DNA of 64,000 bases from Candidatus Brocadiia bacterium (GCA_046538485.1 JBKHIT010000008.1:1-64000), one strand, 5' to 3'. Counted from the stretch's first letter, positions 30,927 to 40,947 are shown. The notes: generated from the sequence alone by a model not told the origin. Translations and numbers: made by a program.

Positions 30927-32105
30927 TCAGCCATGCGTTTCCAGGGTTGCTCCATGCGATGCGGTGAACTCATAGATCTCCGGTTCGATTCCAGTGCGTT
31001 CCTGATACTCCTCGCGAACAGCAGAGACAAATCCCTCGGCTGATTCCGTGCGGACCAGATTGACGGTGCAACCTCCGAACCCGGCCCCCGTCATCCGCGC
31101 CCCAAGACAACCGGGGACCGATCTCGCGGCTTCAACCATCGCGTCCAGTTCCTCGCAACTCACCTCATAATCAATCCGCAAACTCTCATGTGATGCATTC
31201 ATAAGATCACCGAATTCGTCATAATTGGCCGATTCCAGGGCGTCGACGGCCGTCCGGGCGCGATCGTTCTCACTCACCACGTGTTTGGCACGCCGGTACT
31301 CAGTCTCATCGAGCAACTCCCGCCGTCGTTCAAGCATCGACAGGCTCACGTCACGCAGCTCTGTAACGCCGTCCTCCGCAACACCAATATCTGTCGCCGC
31401 CTGTTCGCAAGTGGCGCGTCGCTGGTTGTAGGCGCTGCTGCTGAGCTCGTGGTCAGCCATGGTGTTGCAGACCACCACACGCACCACCGTCGTATCGAGC
31501 GGCAGGAGCTGATGTTCGAGCGATCGGCAGTCCAGAAGCACGGCCCGGTCGGATGCCGCGTGAAGGCTAACAAACTGGTCCATAATTCCGCAGTTGACAC
31601 CGACGAAATCGTTCTCGGCTTTCTGGCACGTCAGCGCAAGCCGGCCCCGATCGGCGGTAGCAGCCGCCGCATCAGGTGATAGGGCCAGCGCACTGGCCAC
31701 TTCGATGGCCGCCGAAGAACTCAACCCCGCACCGAGGGGCACGTCTCCGAACACCACTCCCTCGATGGATTGGACGGCCCAGTCATCCTTCGCAAGCGCC
31801 CACGCGACCCCCCGGATGTAATTTGTCCAGGGCTGATCAGGATTTCTATCGGGATTATCGACATCAAACTCGTCCCACTCTCCGTAATTTTCGCTCCATA
31901 TTCGACTCGGTCCGTTCTCCATCGGGCGGAAATAGATTCGCACTTCCCGGTCAATAGCCATTGGAAGCACAAAACCCCCATTGTAATCGGTATGTTCACC
32001 GATCAGATTGACCCGTCCCGGCGCACGCGCACATCGGAGACCATCGGTCGAACCAAAAACTTCCTGAAAACGCTCCATAATCTTTTTCGTCTTTTGCCGG
32101 TCCAT
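30927..32105 (-). CDS. galK: Galactokinase
   Basis: APGRVNLIGEHTDYN, GAGLSSSAA, CGIMDQ and GARMTGAGFGGC. Confidence 0.95.
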   Translation of the reverse strand: MDRQKTKKIMERFQEVFGSTDGLRCARAPGRVNLIGEHTDYNGGFVLPMAIDREVRIYFRPMENGPSRIWSENYGEWDEFDVDNPDRNPDQPWTNYIRGVAWALAKDDWAVQSIEGVVFGDVPLGAGLSSSAAIEVASALALSPDAAAATADRGRLALTCQKAENDFVGVNCGIMDQFVSLHAASDRAVLLDCRSLEHQLLPLDTTVVRVVVCNTMADHELSSSAYNQRRATCEQAATDIGVAEDGVTELRDVSLSMLERRRELLDETEYRRAKHVVSENDRARTAVDALESANYDEFGDLMNASHESLRIDYEVSCEELDAMVEAARSVPGCLGARMTGAGFGGCTVNLVRTESAEGFVSAVREEYQERTGIEPEIYEFTASHGATLETHG

Positions 32106-32263
32106 AGTGTTTCACTCCACAGAAACCTCTGTGCGAAGTTCTGAATTGTATGTGAAGAGGCGGAGATTTTCACGGAGGGATGCAAGAGGTTTCCTTCGGA
32201 AAAGTATTAGTGTCAATGATTCTACAAGCCTGCACCCCCGCTCCACCCCTTATCCTGCAGAAT

Positions 32264-32650
32264 CGAATTCAGGTGAGCCCGCTATTCAGCGGGCGAATGC
32301 CAGGAAATGCAAATACGCACGAAAACCCAACAAATGCTCCCGCGTGCTGAACTCCAGACTCCGGCTGAAGTCCAGTCCGCTCACGGGGAACCGAGACTCG
32401 AGTTCAGCTGAGCACGCCAGCGGCGGGCGAAACTGGACTTGAGGCGGACAGTGCCTGCAAAAATGCCAGTGCGCGCGGAAATCCCAACAAATCGACCCGC
32501 GTTCTGAACTCCAGACTACCGGCTGAAGTCCAGTCCGCTCACGGGGAACCGAGACTCGAGTTCAGGTGAGCCCGCCAGCGGCGGGCGAAACTGGACTTGA
32601 GGCGGACAATGGCTCACAGATGTCAAGATGCGCGGAGATTCAACCCAATC
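32264..32650 (+). repeat. Dispersed structured repeat family, locus 2 (two full tandem units, period 157 bp, plus partial flanks)
   Basis: CTGAACTC at 32347 and 32504 begins two near-identical units. Confidence 0.92.
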
Positions 32651-32727
32651 GGTTCGCGGGTCCGCCGCCGGGCTTGAAAAGAAATCGCGCGAATGGCCGT
32701 TTCATGCCCTGAAAAGGGGATAATATA

Positions 32728-32905
32728 GCAGCCCGGGGGCAGACGGCTGAAACTCATCGGAGCCCTGGGTCAACAATGCAGGGGAAACGATAGCGGGCTG
32801 TAAGTCCAGCACAACAACGCATTGGCAGACCGGAATTCAGCCAACCACCGAAGCTCAGAAGGCGATTGGGCAAATCCGGGTGACGACCCGGTCCACAGAC
32901 CACAC
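32728..32905 (+). ncRNA. Candidate structured ncRNA resembling a compact raiA-motif RNA
   Basis: Intergenic, just after a TAATAT box. Ordered blocks GGCTGAAACTC, GCAGGGGAAACGAT, GCGGGCTGTAAGTCCAGC, CGAAGCTCAGAAGGCGA and GGGTGACGACCCGGTC, with several stems. Confidence 0.45.
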
Positions 32906-32941
32906 ACGTTTCTCAACAGCCCCTTTATATCTCGCGACAGG

Positions 32942-33376
32942 TCACCGCAGGGGATGCAACAGAGCCACCCGCGCGTTTTCCTTGATGCTGACGCCCACCT
33001 CGGGCACAACCAGAACCGTCTCTATCGGGCCTTCCAGCGCCAGAGTCGATGCCAGGTGGCAGCCGCAGGCAAGAATGCGCTCGTTGGGCACAAGCAACAT
33101 ACCGTCCGTAGCTGCTTTGATGGATTCGTTGAAAACAACCCGGTAATGCCCCCCTGCCAGATCCCACCACCCATAGTCGTCGTCCTCGGAGCGTTTTTGC
33201 GGTTCGATCTCGACGGTGCAACATTCTTCGTGCTCGCCGCCGCCGAAATCAATCTGCCCCGCATCTTCGATCGAAAAAATGCTATCGACCGTCAAATGCA
33301 CCCCGCGGGCATCGACCTGTTTGTCCCGGTAGACTGTTCCGCTCAAGAAACTGTCAAACAATTCATCCGGTTTCAT
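32942..33376 (-). CDS. dCTP deaminase/dUTPase-like protein
   Basis: GVHLTV..IDFGGGE..DDYGWWDL..Y.V.FNE..ENARVA. Start follows an AAGGAGGT RBS. Confidence 0.7.
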   Translation of the reverse strand: MKPDELFDSFLSGTVYRDKQVDARGVHLTVDSIFSIEDAGQIDFGGGEHEECCTVEIEPQKRSEDDDYGWWDLAGGHYRVVFNESIKAATDGMLLVPNERILACGCHLASTLALEGPIETVLVVPEVGVSIKENARVALLHPLR

Positions 33377-33499
33377 ACCTGTTACCTCCTTCATGAAGCT
33401 ATATCAAAGTTCTGCTATCGGGTTGACAGGTTACTGAGTACATTTTAGGCGGTTGAGGAAAGGCTGCAAAATGAGAGGCAGGCAACGTGCCGCAACGCA

Positions 33500-33535
33500 C
33501 AGGAACTTAAGGGGAGGAAGGGACCTGAGGGACTC
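33500..33535 (+). repeat. Degenerate 9-bp tandem repeat (AAGGGACNN), 4 units
   Basis: caggaactt aaggggagg aagggacct gagggactc. Confidence 0.55.
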
Positions 33536-33579
33536 AGCACCGACAGCAGACATCATCAAAGGGGGCGAAGACATCGGGC

Positions 33580-33876
33580 TTATTTTTTCTGCCAGCGGTG
33601 TTTTTCCAGAACTTCACGCACGTCATCCTGCTGCTGATCGCTCAGATTCAGCTTGCGATCAAGCCTTCGGACCATGACCTCCGTGCGTTTTTCGGGATGG
33701 TGGATCAACTCGATCACCCGGTTTCTGACGATACCAAGGGCCAGACACACGCCGATAACCATCCCACAGACCAGGATAGCTGCGCCCACCAGGACCGACC
33801 TGAGCCAGCGCCGTTTTTTGCGCGGTTTCCGGGCATTGTGCTCTTCCGTCTCAATTTTTTCCGTTTGTTCACTCAT
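33580..33876 (-). CDS. Membrane-anchored Spy/CpxP-like protein, probably C-terminally truncated
   Basis: One TM helix followed by L..KLNLSDQQ...VRE.L, ending abruptly at 98 aa. Confidence 0.55.
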   Translation of the reverse strand: MSEQTEKIETEEHNARKPRKKRRWLRSVLVGAAILVCGMVIGVCLALGIVRNRVIELIHHPEKRTEVMVRRLDRKLNLSDQQQDDVREVLEKHRWQKK

Positions 33877-34061
33877 TGGATCACCAGCAAAAAAGGGCTA
33901 AACAGGAACCCCAGTGGGTCGAGCAAAGCGGACCACGCCTGGGCGGTCGCGAACGCCAGGGCGCAGGCCGCGACAGCCGAAACCACCGCAAACCCGCCGG
34001 TCCTCAATCTTCTCGATTTGTTCGTCAGTCAGAACATTTCCAACCAATTCTTTTTGCGCAT
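33873..34061 (-). pseudogene. Degenerate anti-sigma-like membrane protein gene
   Basis: MRKKNWLEMF*LTNKSRRLRTGGFAVVSAVAACALAFATAQAWSALLDPLGFLFSPFLLVIQ*. In-frame TGA at 34029-34031, GGGAG RBS, and an ATGA overlap with the next gene. Confidence 0.4.
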
Positions 34062-34224
34062 GATCCACTCCCGTGCAAAAATCTCCTCTGATTCGTTCAC
34101 CCCACCGCCGATCGGTGGGTTTCACTGGTATAGTGGGGAGAAATGGGGAAAGGTAACGGGCAATTTCAGGGAAAATGGCGACTGAAAGGACCTGCGGAGC
34201 GGACAGCAATCGTCGGGGGTGCAC

Positions 34225-36864
34225 TTATTTTACGACGATGTTGACGATGCGGTTGGGGACGACGATCACTTTGGCGATATCTTTGCCTTCGAGGCGTTTT
34301 TTGATGCCCTCAAGGTCCAGCGCCTGCTGCCGAAGCAGCTCTTCATCGGCATCCCTCTCGGCCATCAAGCGGTCGCGCACTTTTCCATTTATCTGCACCG
34401 GGATCTCGATTTCATCGAAACGAGCCGCCTCCTCATCAAAATCCGGCCATGGCTGGTCGATCACGCTCGCCGGGTTGCCCAGTTTTGTCCACAGTTCTTC
34501 ACAAATATGCGGGACGAACGGAGAAAGCAATAACACGATATTTTCCGCGGCAAAGTGGAAGAGATTGAACGAATTCAGCTCCGCTTCGGATTCCGTCCCG
34601 ACATAGCTCTCAAGCACATTCAACTCAGAGACTTCATTGAACAGCTCCATCACGGCAGCAATAGCCGTATTGAAATGCCAGCTCTGCTCAATATCTCGTG
34701 TCACTTTCTTGATCGTGGCATGTGTGAGGCGATAGACCCTCAAGTCCTGCCCATCCAGATCATCCCCTCTCAAACCGTGAGCGGGAACGTGATCGAAATC
34801 CTCTTCGTGGCCGGCAATTGCATCCCAGAGCCGGTTGAGGAAACGGTGGTATCCCACGATGCCGCCCTCTTGCCATTCCGCATCCTTCTCCGGCGGGCCG
34901 ATCGCGAGCGTATACATTCGAAGCGTATCAGCCCCATATTTTTCGATCACTTCATCGAAAGAAACCACGTTTCCTTTCGATTTGCTCATTTTTTCGACAC
35001 GAGGAGTTATTTCGATCTCCTCTTCAAGCCGTTCCTCCGTGCTCACATCGAATTTGCATTTGCACGGCTCACTCACGCTATCGCCGGTCGTGACAATATG
35101 CCCGCACCGATCGCAAACATAACTTGCTTTGCAGATCATGCCCTGCGTGAAGAGCGCTTCGAACGGTTCGCGAAATCCCACTTCGCCCTGATCGTACAGG
35201 ACTTTCACAATAAATCGTGAATAAAGAAGGTGTAAAACCGCATGTTCAACACCACCGATGTATTGGTCCACCGGAAGCCAGTAGTCCACCTGCTCGCGAT
35301 CGAAGGGAACGTCTTCGCGTCCGGGGCTTGTGTAGCGCAGAAAATACCAGCACGAACAGAGCCACTGCGCGATCGTATCGGTCTCTCGCTCAGCCGGCCC
35401 GCCGCAACGAGGACATGTCGTTTCGACAAAATCATCGACGAAAGCCAGAGGGCTCTCTCCGCGTGGTGTAAAATCGACTTCATCGGGAAGCTTAACGGGC
35501 AAATCTTCTTCGGGGACGGGGACAGAGCCGCATTTTTTACAGTGGACAACCGGAATCGGCGCGCCCCAGTAACGCTGGCGGCTGATCAACCAGTCCCGAA
35601 GGCGATAACTGACATCCCCTTCTCCCATATCGTTCTCTTCAAGGTATTCTATGACCTTGTGGACGCCCTCGCGACTCGGCGTGCCGTCAAGAGATCCGCT
35701 GTTGACCATGGTTCCGTGTTCTTCGAACGCCTCTCCCATAGTCTCCACATCGATATCGCCATCTTTCGGTTGGATCACGACACGGATTGGCAGATCGTAT
35801 TTTCGGGCGAACTCAAAGTCTCTCTGGTCGTGGGCCGGCACGGCCATGATCGCACCCGTGCCGTACTCCATCAGGACGTAGTTAGCTACCCAGAGGGGAA
35901 TCCTCGCACCGTTAACCGGATTGATGACATGACGACCGGTAAAACAGCCCTGTTTATCAATCATCTCGCCGGAGCGGGCGAACAGACTCTGCCGTTTTGC
36001 TTCAGGAATGAATTCCAGAACATCTTCTTCCTGGTCGGTACCCGCGACCAGGTCGGCCAACCCCGGGTACTCGGGCGCGAGACACATGTAAGTCGCCCCC
36101 CAGAGCGTATCAGGACGGGTGGTGAAACACGGAATCGTCTCATCGCTATCCTCAAGCGGGAATTCGACGAGCGCCCCCTCGCTTCGGCCAATCCATTCCG
36201 CCTGCATTCGTTTCACGCGGCCCGGCCAGTCGTCCAGTTGCTCCAGATCATCCAGAAGCGGTCGGGCATAATCGGTAATTTTGAAAAACCACTGTTTGAG
36301 ATCTTTCTCTTCAACCAGTTCTCCGCACCGTTCACAGCGGCCATTAACAACCTCTTCGTTGGCCAAACCTGTCTGACAACTCGGACACCAGTTAACCGGC
36401 GCGTCGGCACGATAAGCCAGGTCCGCTTCATACAATTTCAAAAACACCCATTGCGTCCATTTGTAATAATCCGGCTCGCTGGTGTTGACTTCGCGCTCCC
36501 AATCATATTCCACACCGAGAGATTTGATCTGTTCTTTCATCGTCTCGATGTTTTTCTTGACCGATTCGGCCGGGGGAATTCCGCTTTTGATAGCCGCGTT
36601 CTCTGCCGGCAATCCAAAAGCATCCCATCCCATGGGCGCCAGAACGTTGAATCCGCGCATCATTTTATACCGAGCCACTACATCGCCCATGATGTAGTTG
36701 CGCCCGTGGCCCACGTGCAGCGCACCAGAAGGATAGGGAAACATTACAAGGCAATAGAATTTCGGATCGTCAGCCATGTCGACTGCACGGAAGACATCTT
36801 CGCTTCGCCAGTATTTCTGCCAGTAATCTTCGATCTTTTTGGGATTGTAAGCCGTATCAGCCAT
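34225..36864 (-). CDS. leuS: Leucine--tRNA ligase
   Basis: [39 protein letters not shown] and KMSKS. Confidence 0.97.
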   Translation of the reverse strand: MADTAYNPKKIEDYWQKYWRSEDVFRAVDMADDPKFYCLVMFPYPSGALHVGHGRNYIMGDVVARYKMMRGFNVLAPMGWDAFGLPAENAAIKSGIPPAESVKKNIETMKEQIKSLGVEYDWEREVNTSEPDYYKWTQWVFLKLYEADLAYRADAPVNWCPSCQTGLANEEVVNGRCERCGELVEEKDLKQWFFKITDYARPLLDDLEQLDDWPGRVKRMQAEWIGRSEGALVEFPLEDSDETIPCFTTRPDTLWGATYMCLAPEYPGLADLVAGTDQEEDVLEFIPEAKRQSLFARSGEMIDKQGCFTGRHVINPVNGARIPLWVANYVLMEYGTGAIMAVPAHDQRDFEFARKYDLPIRVVIQPKDGDIDVETMGEAFEEHGTMVNSGSLDGTPSREGVHKVIEYLEENDMGEGDVSYRLRDWLISRQRYWGAPIPVVHCKKCGSVPVPEEDLPVKLPDEVDFTPRGESPLAFVDDFVETTCPRCGGPAERETDTIAQWLCSCWYFLRYTSPGREDVPFDREQVDYWLPVDQYIGGVEHAVLHLLYSRFIVKVLYDQGEVGFREPFEALFTQGMICKASYVCDRCGHIVTTGDSVSEPCKCKFDVSTEERLEEEIEITPRVEKMSKSKGNVVSFDEVIEKYGADTLRMYTLAIGPPEKDAEWQEGGIVGYHRFLNRLWDAIAGHEEDFDHVPAHGLRGDDLDGQDLRVYRLTHATIKKVTRDIEQSWHFNTAIAAVMELFNEVSELNVLESYVGTESEAELNSFNLFHFAAENIVLLLSPFVPHICEELWTKLGNPASVIDQPWPDFDEEAARFDEIEIPVQINGKVRDRLMAERDADEELLRQQALDLEGIKKRLEGKDIAKVIVVPNRIVNIVVK

Positions 36865-36987
36865 GCTGTTGCTTGCTCCGCTGGATCGGGGAAACAGTTT
36901 TCATGCAATCTCAGGCAGGATATCGATTATATCGCCCAGCGCCCCCGGTTCAAACGAATTGAGCGATTTCAGCGTTAAACGCATTAG

Positions 36988-37023
36988 AAGAGTTCGAAGG
37001 GACTTAAGAGACGTAAGGGACAC
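36988..37023 (+). repeat. Degenerate 9-bp tandem repeat (AAGGGACNN), 4 units
   Basis: aagagttcg aagggactt aagagacgt aagggacac. Confidence 0.6.
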
Positions 37024-37124
37024 AGGTCGGGGCGAAAGCGCCGCCCGCTGCTGTTTTTAAGAGGCGCCTTCTCTGGTATACTTGGAAACAAATCGAGCCC
37101 TGTTTTCGGCTGGAATGTCAAAAA

Positions 37125-37889
37125 ATGACCGCAAACCACCTCTATCTCGCTTTCGATATCGGAAATACTACGGTCCGCATTGCCGTCCGCGGCACGGAGG
37201 GATGGGAACCCGTGGAGACCATACGCACTCGGCCGCTGGAGAACCTGCCGGACCGAGTGGGCGATGCCGTATCCCATGCGGACCTCGCCGGTGAGCCAGA
37301 TCGCATTCTGGCCTCGTCGGTCTGCCCGACTATAGACGATATGGTGGTGGAGACTTGCAACAAATCGGGATGGCGAGTGCCGGAATTTTTCGGTAAGGAT
37401 CTCCCGATACCGATACAAACTTCCGTCCGCGAACCGGAAAAGGTAGGAAATGATCGCTTGCTCTGTGCGCTGGGAGCTCGGGAAATGGTCGGTAGCCCCT
37501 GCATTGTCATCGGGATGGGCACGGCCATCACCGTTGATCTTATCGATCATGAGGGGATATTCGCGGGGGGGGCAATCGCCCCGGGTTTGCGCTTAAGCGC
37601 ACGGGCGCTCAATGAAGGCACAGCCGCCCTGCCCGCAATTCTCATCGATTCTCCCGCCGAAACACCGGGGAAAGACACCGAATCTGCGATTCGGTGCGGC
37701 GTGCTGGCTTTCTGCCGCGGGGGCGTGCAAAAGCTTGTATCCAAATTCAGCGCTGAGTTTCAAAGCGACCTCGAAGTTGTACTGACGGGAGGCGATGCGA
37801 ATTGGCTGGAATGTGATACCTGGGACAGATCGGTTCGGCAGGTTCCCCTGTTGATTTTCCGTGGTATGAAAGTAGCCGTCTCGGAGTAA
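37125..37889 (+). CDS. coaX: Type III pantothenate kinase
   Basis: DIGNT, VGNDRL, GTAITVD, GGAIAPG and TGGDA. Confidence 0.92.
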   Translation: MTANHLYLAFDIGNTTVRIAVRGTEGWEPVETIRTRPLENLPDRVGDAVSHADLAGEPDRILASSVCPTIDDMVVETCNKSGWRVPEFFGKDLPIPIQTSVREPEKVGNDRLLCALGAREMVGSPCIVIGMGTAITVDLIDHEGIFAGGAIAPGLRLSARALNEGTAALPAILIDSPAETPGKDTESAIRCGVLAFCRGGVQKLVSKFSAEFQSDLEVVLTGGDANWLECDTWDRSVRQVPLLIFRGMKVAVSE

Positions 37890-37989
37890 TACCACAGGTT
37901 GAGGGGCGACCGGAATCGGGATCTTCAAACCGTGCGAAGCACCTGGCTCTTGTTCTCGGGTAAAGGGTCTATTTTCGAGAGAAACCGGT

Positions 37990-39102
37990 TTAAGAATCTT
38001 CCGCAAGCGCACGAATCCGGGCCTGCTTGTCCCATTCCTTAAGAGCTTCTACAATCGGATCCAGCTTCCCCATTAAAACGGTTTCAATCCCAAACGTATC
38101 CAGCCCGATACGGTGATCGGTCACCCGGTCCTGGGGGAAATTATACGTTCGGACCCGCTGGTTACGGTCGCCGCTGCCAACCTGGGTCCGACGGAGTTCA
38201 TCACGTTTTTCTTTCTGTTCTTCCTGCTGTTTCTCGTAAATCTTTGCCCGCAACAGTTTCAAAGCCTGTTTCCTGTTTTTGTGTTGCGATTTTTCCTCCT
38301 GGCATTTCACAGCAATCCCGGTCGGTTCGTGGACAATGCGGACACACGAATCGACTTTGTTGACGTTCTGCCCGCCCGGGCCGGTTGAGCGCATAAAACT
38401 GATGTCAAGATCTTCCGGTTTGAGTTCAACTTCCACCTCCCGGACTTCCGGCAAAACGGCAACGGTCGCAAGACTTGTATGAATCCGTCCTTGAGACTCG
38501 GTTTTGGGTACCCTCTGCACGCGGTGCCCGCCACTTTCAAAACGCAGGTGCTGCCAGACCCCATTGCCGCTGATCGAAAGCACGATGTGTTTGAAGCCCC
38601 CCATGTCAGTGATACTTTTATCGAGGCAGCGAACCTTCCAGCCTTTTTGCTGGGCGTAGTGTTTGTACATCCCGAACAGATCCGCCGCGAAAAGCGCCGC
38701 CTCCTGCCCGCCGGTCCCGCTACGGATTTCCATAATAGCGCTTCGATGGGCTTCCTCGGAATCCGAACAGAGCTCACCAAGCACTTCATGAAGTATCTCG
38801 TTCTCCGATTTATCCGCCGCCTTTATTTCATCTTCGGCCAGCTCCGTCAATTCCGGATCCTCGTCGGATTCTTCAAGAAGCTCTTCCGCTTCCTTTTTCC
38901 TCTGCCGCGCTTCCTGCAGCTGTCTGTACATATCCCGGAATTTTGTAAGCTCTCCGTGTTCCCGGGCGACGTGCGCATAGCGACCGGAATTGGATGCCAG
39001 ATCCGGATCGGCCAGTTTTTGCTCGAGTTCACGGTGTCGCTGGACCTTCTCTTCCAGCATCTCGCTCACTCGCTCTTTGATGTTTTCTTTCAACGCATCC
39101 AT
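37990..39102 (-). CDS. prfA: Peptide chain release factor 1
   Basis: HRVQRVPKTE (PxT motif), GPGGQNVN and RTYNFPQDR. Confidence 0.95.
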   Translation of the reverse strand: MDALKENIKERVSEMLEEKVQRHRELEQKLADPDLASNSGRYAHVAREHGELTKFRDMYRQLQEARQRKKEAEELLEESDEDPELTELAEDEIKAADKSENEILHEVLGELCSDSEEAHRSAIMEIRSGTGGQEAALFAADLFGMYKHYAQQKGWKVRCLDKSITDMGGFKHIVLSISGNGVWQHLRFESGGHRVQRVPKTESQGRIHTSLATVAVLPEVREVEVELKPEDLDISFMRSTGPGGQNVNKVDSCVRIVHEPTGIAVKCQEEKSQHKNRKQALKLLRAKIYEKQQEEQKEKRDELRRTQVGSGDRNQRVRTYNFPQDRVTDHRIGLDTFGIETVLMGKLDPIVEALKEWDKQARIRALAEDS

Positions 39103-39167
39103 TGCTCAGGTACAGACTCCCCTCTCGTAATGTATATAAATGGGAAAAGCGTGTCCCCGGCTATCAG

Positions 39168-39422
39168 CTATTGGGATTCTTCCTGCTCGCCGCCGCCTGA
39201 AAGTTCCCGTTTTTTCTGTTCGATCGTGTCGCCCCAACGTTGCATAAATTTTTCCACACGCCCGGCGCTATCAACAAACTTTTGTTGACCTGTGTAGAAA
39301 GGATGGCACTCGGAGCACACTTCAACGCGAATTTGCGGCACGGTCGCACGAGTGGTAAAACTCGCGCCACAGCCACATTTGACCTCGCACTCTATATACT
39401 CGGGATGAATATCCGATTTCAC
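39168..39422 (-). CDS. rpmE: 50S ribosomal protein L31 (Zn-binding type)
   Basis: [29 protein letters not shown]. Confidence 0.95.
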   Translation of the reverse strand: MKSDIHPEYIECEVKCGCGASFTTRATVPQIRVEVCSECHPFYTGQQKFVDSAGRVEKFMQRWGDTIEQKKRELSGGGEQEESQ

Positions 39423-39690
39423 AGGAAAGTCCTTTCGTACGTTTATAAGAGATTTTCGCCCCCAACAAACCGTATCTTACACGAAACAAACGAGCTCTGC
39501 AAATTCTCGGGCTGCCTCAGACAAGCAGATCCCGCAGTGAGCAAACCGTTTAATCCTCCCGCTCGCCTCCTCCCTTATTCTCAGCCCCTGGCTCTATTCA
39601 TGTCGGGTTTTGGATTTCTCACCGCTGCACTCGGACCGCCATATCAAAACCGACGTCAGCCGAACGAAGCTCTTCGCCGTGAGCAAGAAC

Positions 39691-40602
39691 TTACGGATAC
39701 GAACACGGATCGATGTATTTAAGATCGCCGTCCGGTTCAATCAAGGCATGCGGGGCGACCAGCATTTCGTATTCCCCGGCGCACATCTTCGACTCATTGA
39801 AACCAACTTCTCCGCAGGCGATACCGATCACATGCATGTCCCACGCCAGAGCGTTGAAATGCCCCTGGTGACGGTAGAAGAGAAAGTGGTCGGAGTTGGG
39901 TGGGTGGGAGCGCCACTCGCCCCAGCGCCGGCTGGCGCCGGTCCCGCCTGCTCCGAGACCGTCGCGCATCAACAATACTTTGGAGGGATAATTCATTTCG
40001 GCAGTCAGGTAGTACCGCTCGCATCGGTATGCTCCGCCAGCCCCGTACCAGCCCCACGTGTTCGGGTAATTGTTGTTGGTCTTAATGTTGCACCTGTAGT
40101 TGTAGAGCCCGCCCGAGGCAAGCCAGAACTTGTCGCTCGACGCATAGCTGGGGTGATTGGCAATGATAATATCAACTTCGTGCGGTACGTAGTTGTAGCA
40201 GGCATATTTCTTGCCCGATGGGGCGCACCACCCGGTATTGTCGGTGGTAAACCCGGCCGATGGACAATCCCATACACCGAGCGGCCTGGCCCACTGGGCA
40301 TGCCAGGGATAACCGTTCGGCCAGTAGTCCGGCAAATACCCGTTCTTCGTCAGGGGACCGTAGGCACCGGTGCCGTAGGTAGGACCACCAAAATCATTCA
40401 TGTACATCGTCTGCGCCAGCCCGAGCTGCCCCAGGTTGTTCTTGCAGGAAACGTCGCGGGCAGCGTCGCGCGCTCTTTCCAGCGCCGGCATCAACATAGC
40501 TGCCAGAATGGCGATAATCGCTATGACGACCAGAAGTTCTATCAAAGTGAACGCCGATTCTCTGTGACCGCCTGATTGCGTCACTACACACCCCCTTTTC
40601 AC
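39691..40602 (-). CDS. Prepilin-type N-terminal methylation / H-X9-DG-like (DUF1559-type) protein
   Basis: [35 protein letters not shown] and a C-terminal RH....NALAWDMH. Start may be 40584. Confidence 0.85.
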   Translation of the reverse strand: MKRGCVVTQSGGHRESAFTLIELLVVIAIIAILAAMLMPALERARDAARDVSCKNNLGQLGLAQTMYMNDFGGPTYGTGAYGPLTKNGYLPDYWPNGYPWHAQWARPLGVWDCPSAGFTTDNTGWCAPSGKKYACYNYVPHEVDIIIANHPSYASSDKFWLASGGLYNYRCNIKTNNNYPNTWGWYGAGGAYRCERYYLTAEMNYPSKVLLMRDGLGAGGTGASRRWGEWRSHPPNSDHFLFYRHQGHFNALAWDMHVIGIACGEVGFNESKMCAGEYEMLVAPHALIEPDGDLKYIDPCSYP

Positions 40603-40646
40603 TAAAATCTGGCCGAGTGAAGTTCTAACTGCGCGCTTTCTGTACT

Positions 40647-40676
40647 ACTGTATTCTCAACGCTCGCAGCCTGTCAA
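40647..40676 (-). promoter_or_regulatory. Putative sigma70 promoter for the prepilin-type gene
   Basis: TTGACA-N18-TACAGT. Confidence 0.45.
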
Positions 40677-40693
40677 ACTGAATCCATTAATTT

Positions 40694-40868
40694 ACCAGGA
40701 TATGGCACTCATCCCGCGAAGACCGTGCGCCCCGAAAAATTTGATATCGTAAAGGACGGGATTCCTCCGATCTCCTACAGTGATTGTTTGGTTTAACCAG
40801 TTCACGTGCGAGGAGCGAGGAATCCCGTGAAGGTAGTCTCCAGCGACCCGCCTCATAACGCCCTGATC
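40694..40868 (-). ncRNA. Candidate rod-shaped ncRNA (6S-like)
   Basis: Closing stems, an asymmetric central bubble and a long terminal hairpin with a perfect 12-bp stem ACGGGATTCCTC/GAGGAATCCCGT. G-U pairs favour the minus strand. Confidence 0.45.
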
Positions 40869-40947
40869 GTAAGAGACCAAAACTCTGAGGATCCGAAGAT
40901 AGATTAGATAACGCAGGACACATAGCGCGCCAGGCTCGGAAAGCGGG

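Noticed and set aside
32341..32610. CRISPR array interpretation of the tandem repeat
   Set aside because: Units are ~157 bp, the connecting sequences recur at other loci rather than being unique spacers, and no cas genes are present.
34029..34031. Selenocysteine or readthrough at the in-frame TGA
   Set aside because: No redox-motif context and no convincing SECIS hairpin.
33898..34224. ORF containing LTDEQ (LTxxQ-like)
   Set aside because: No RBS, it spans a hairpin downstream of leuS, and another frame explains the region better. Probably chance.
40757..40828. Retron msd interpretation of the long hairpin
   Set aside because: No reverse transcriptase gene in the window.
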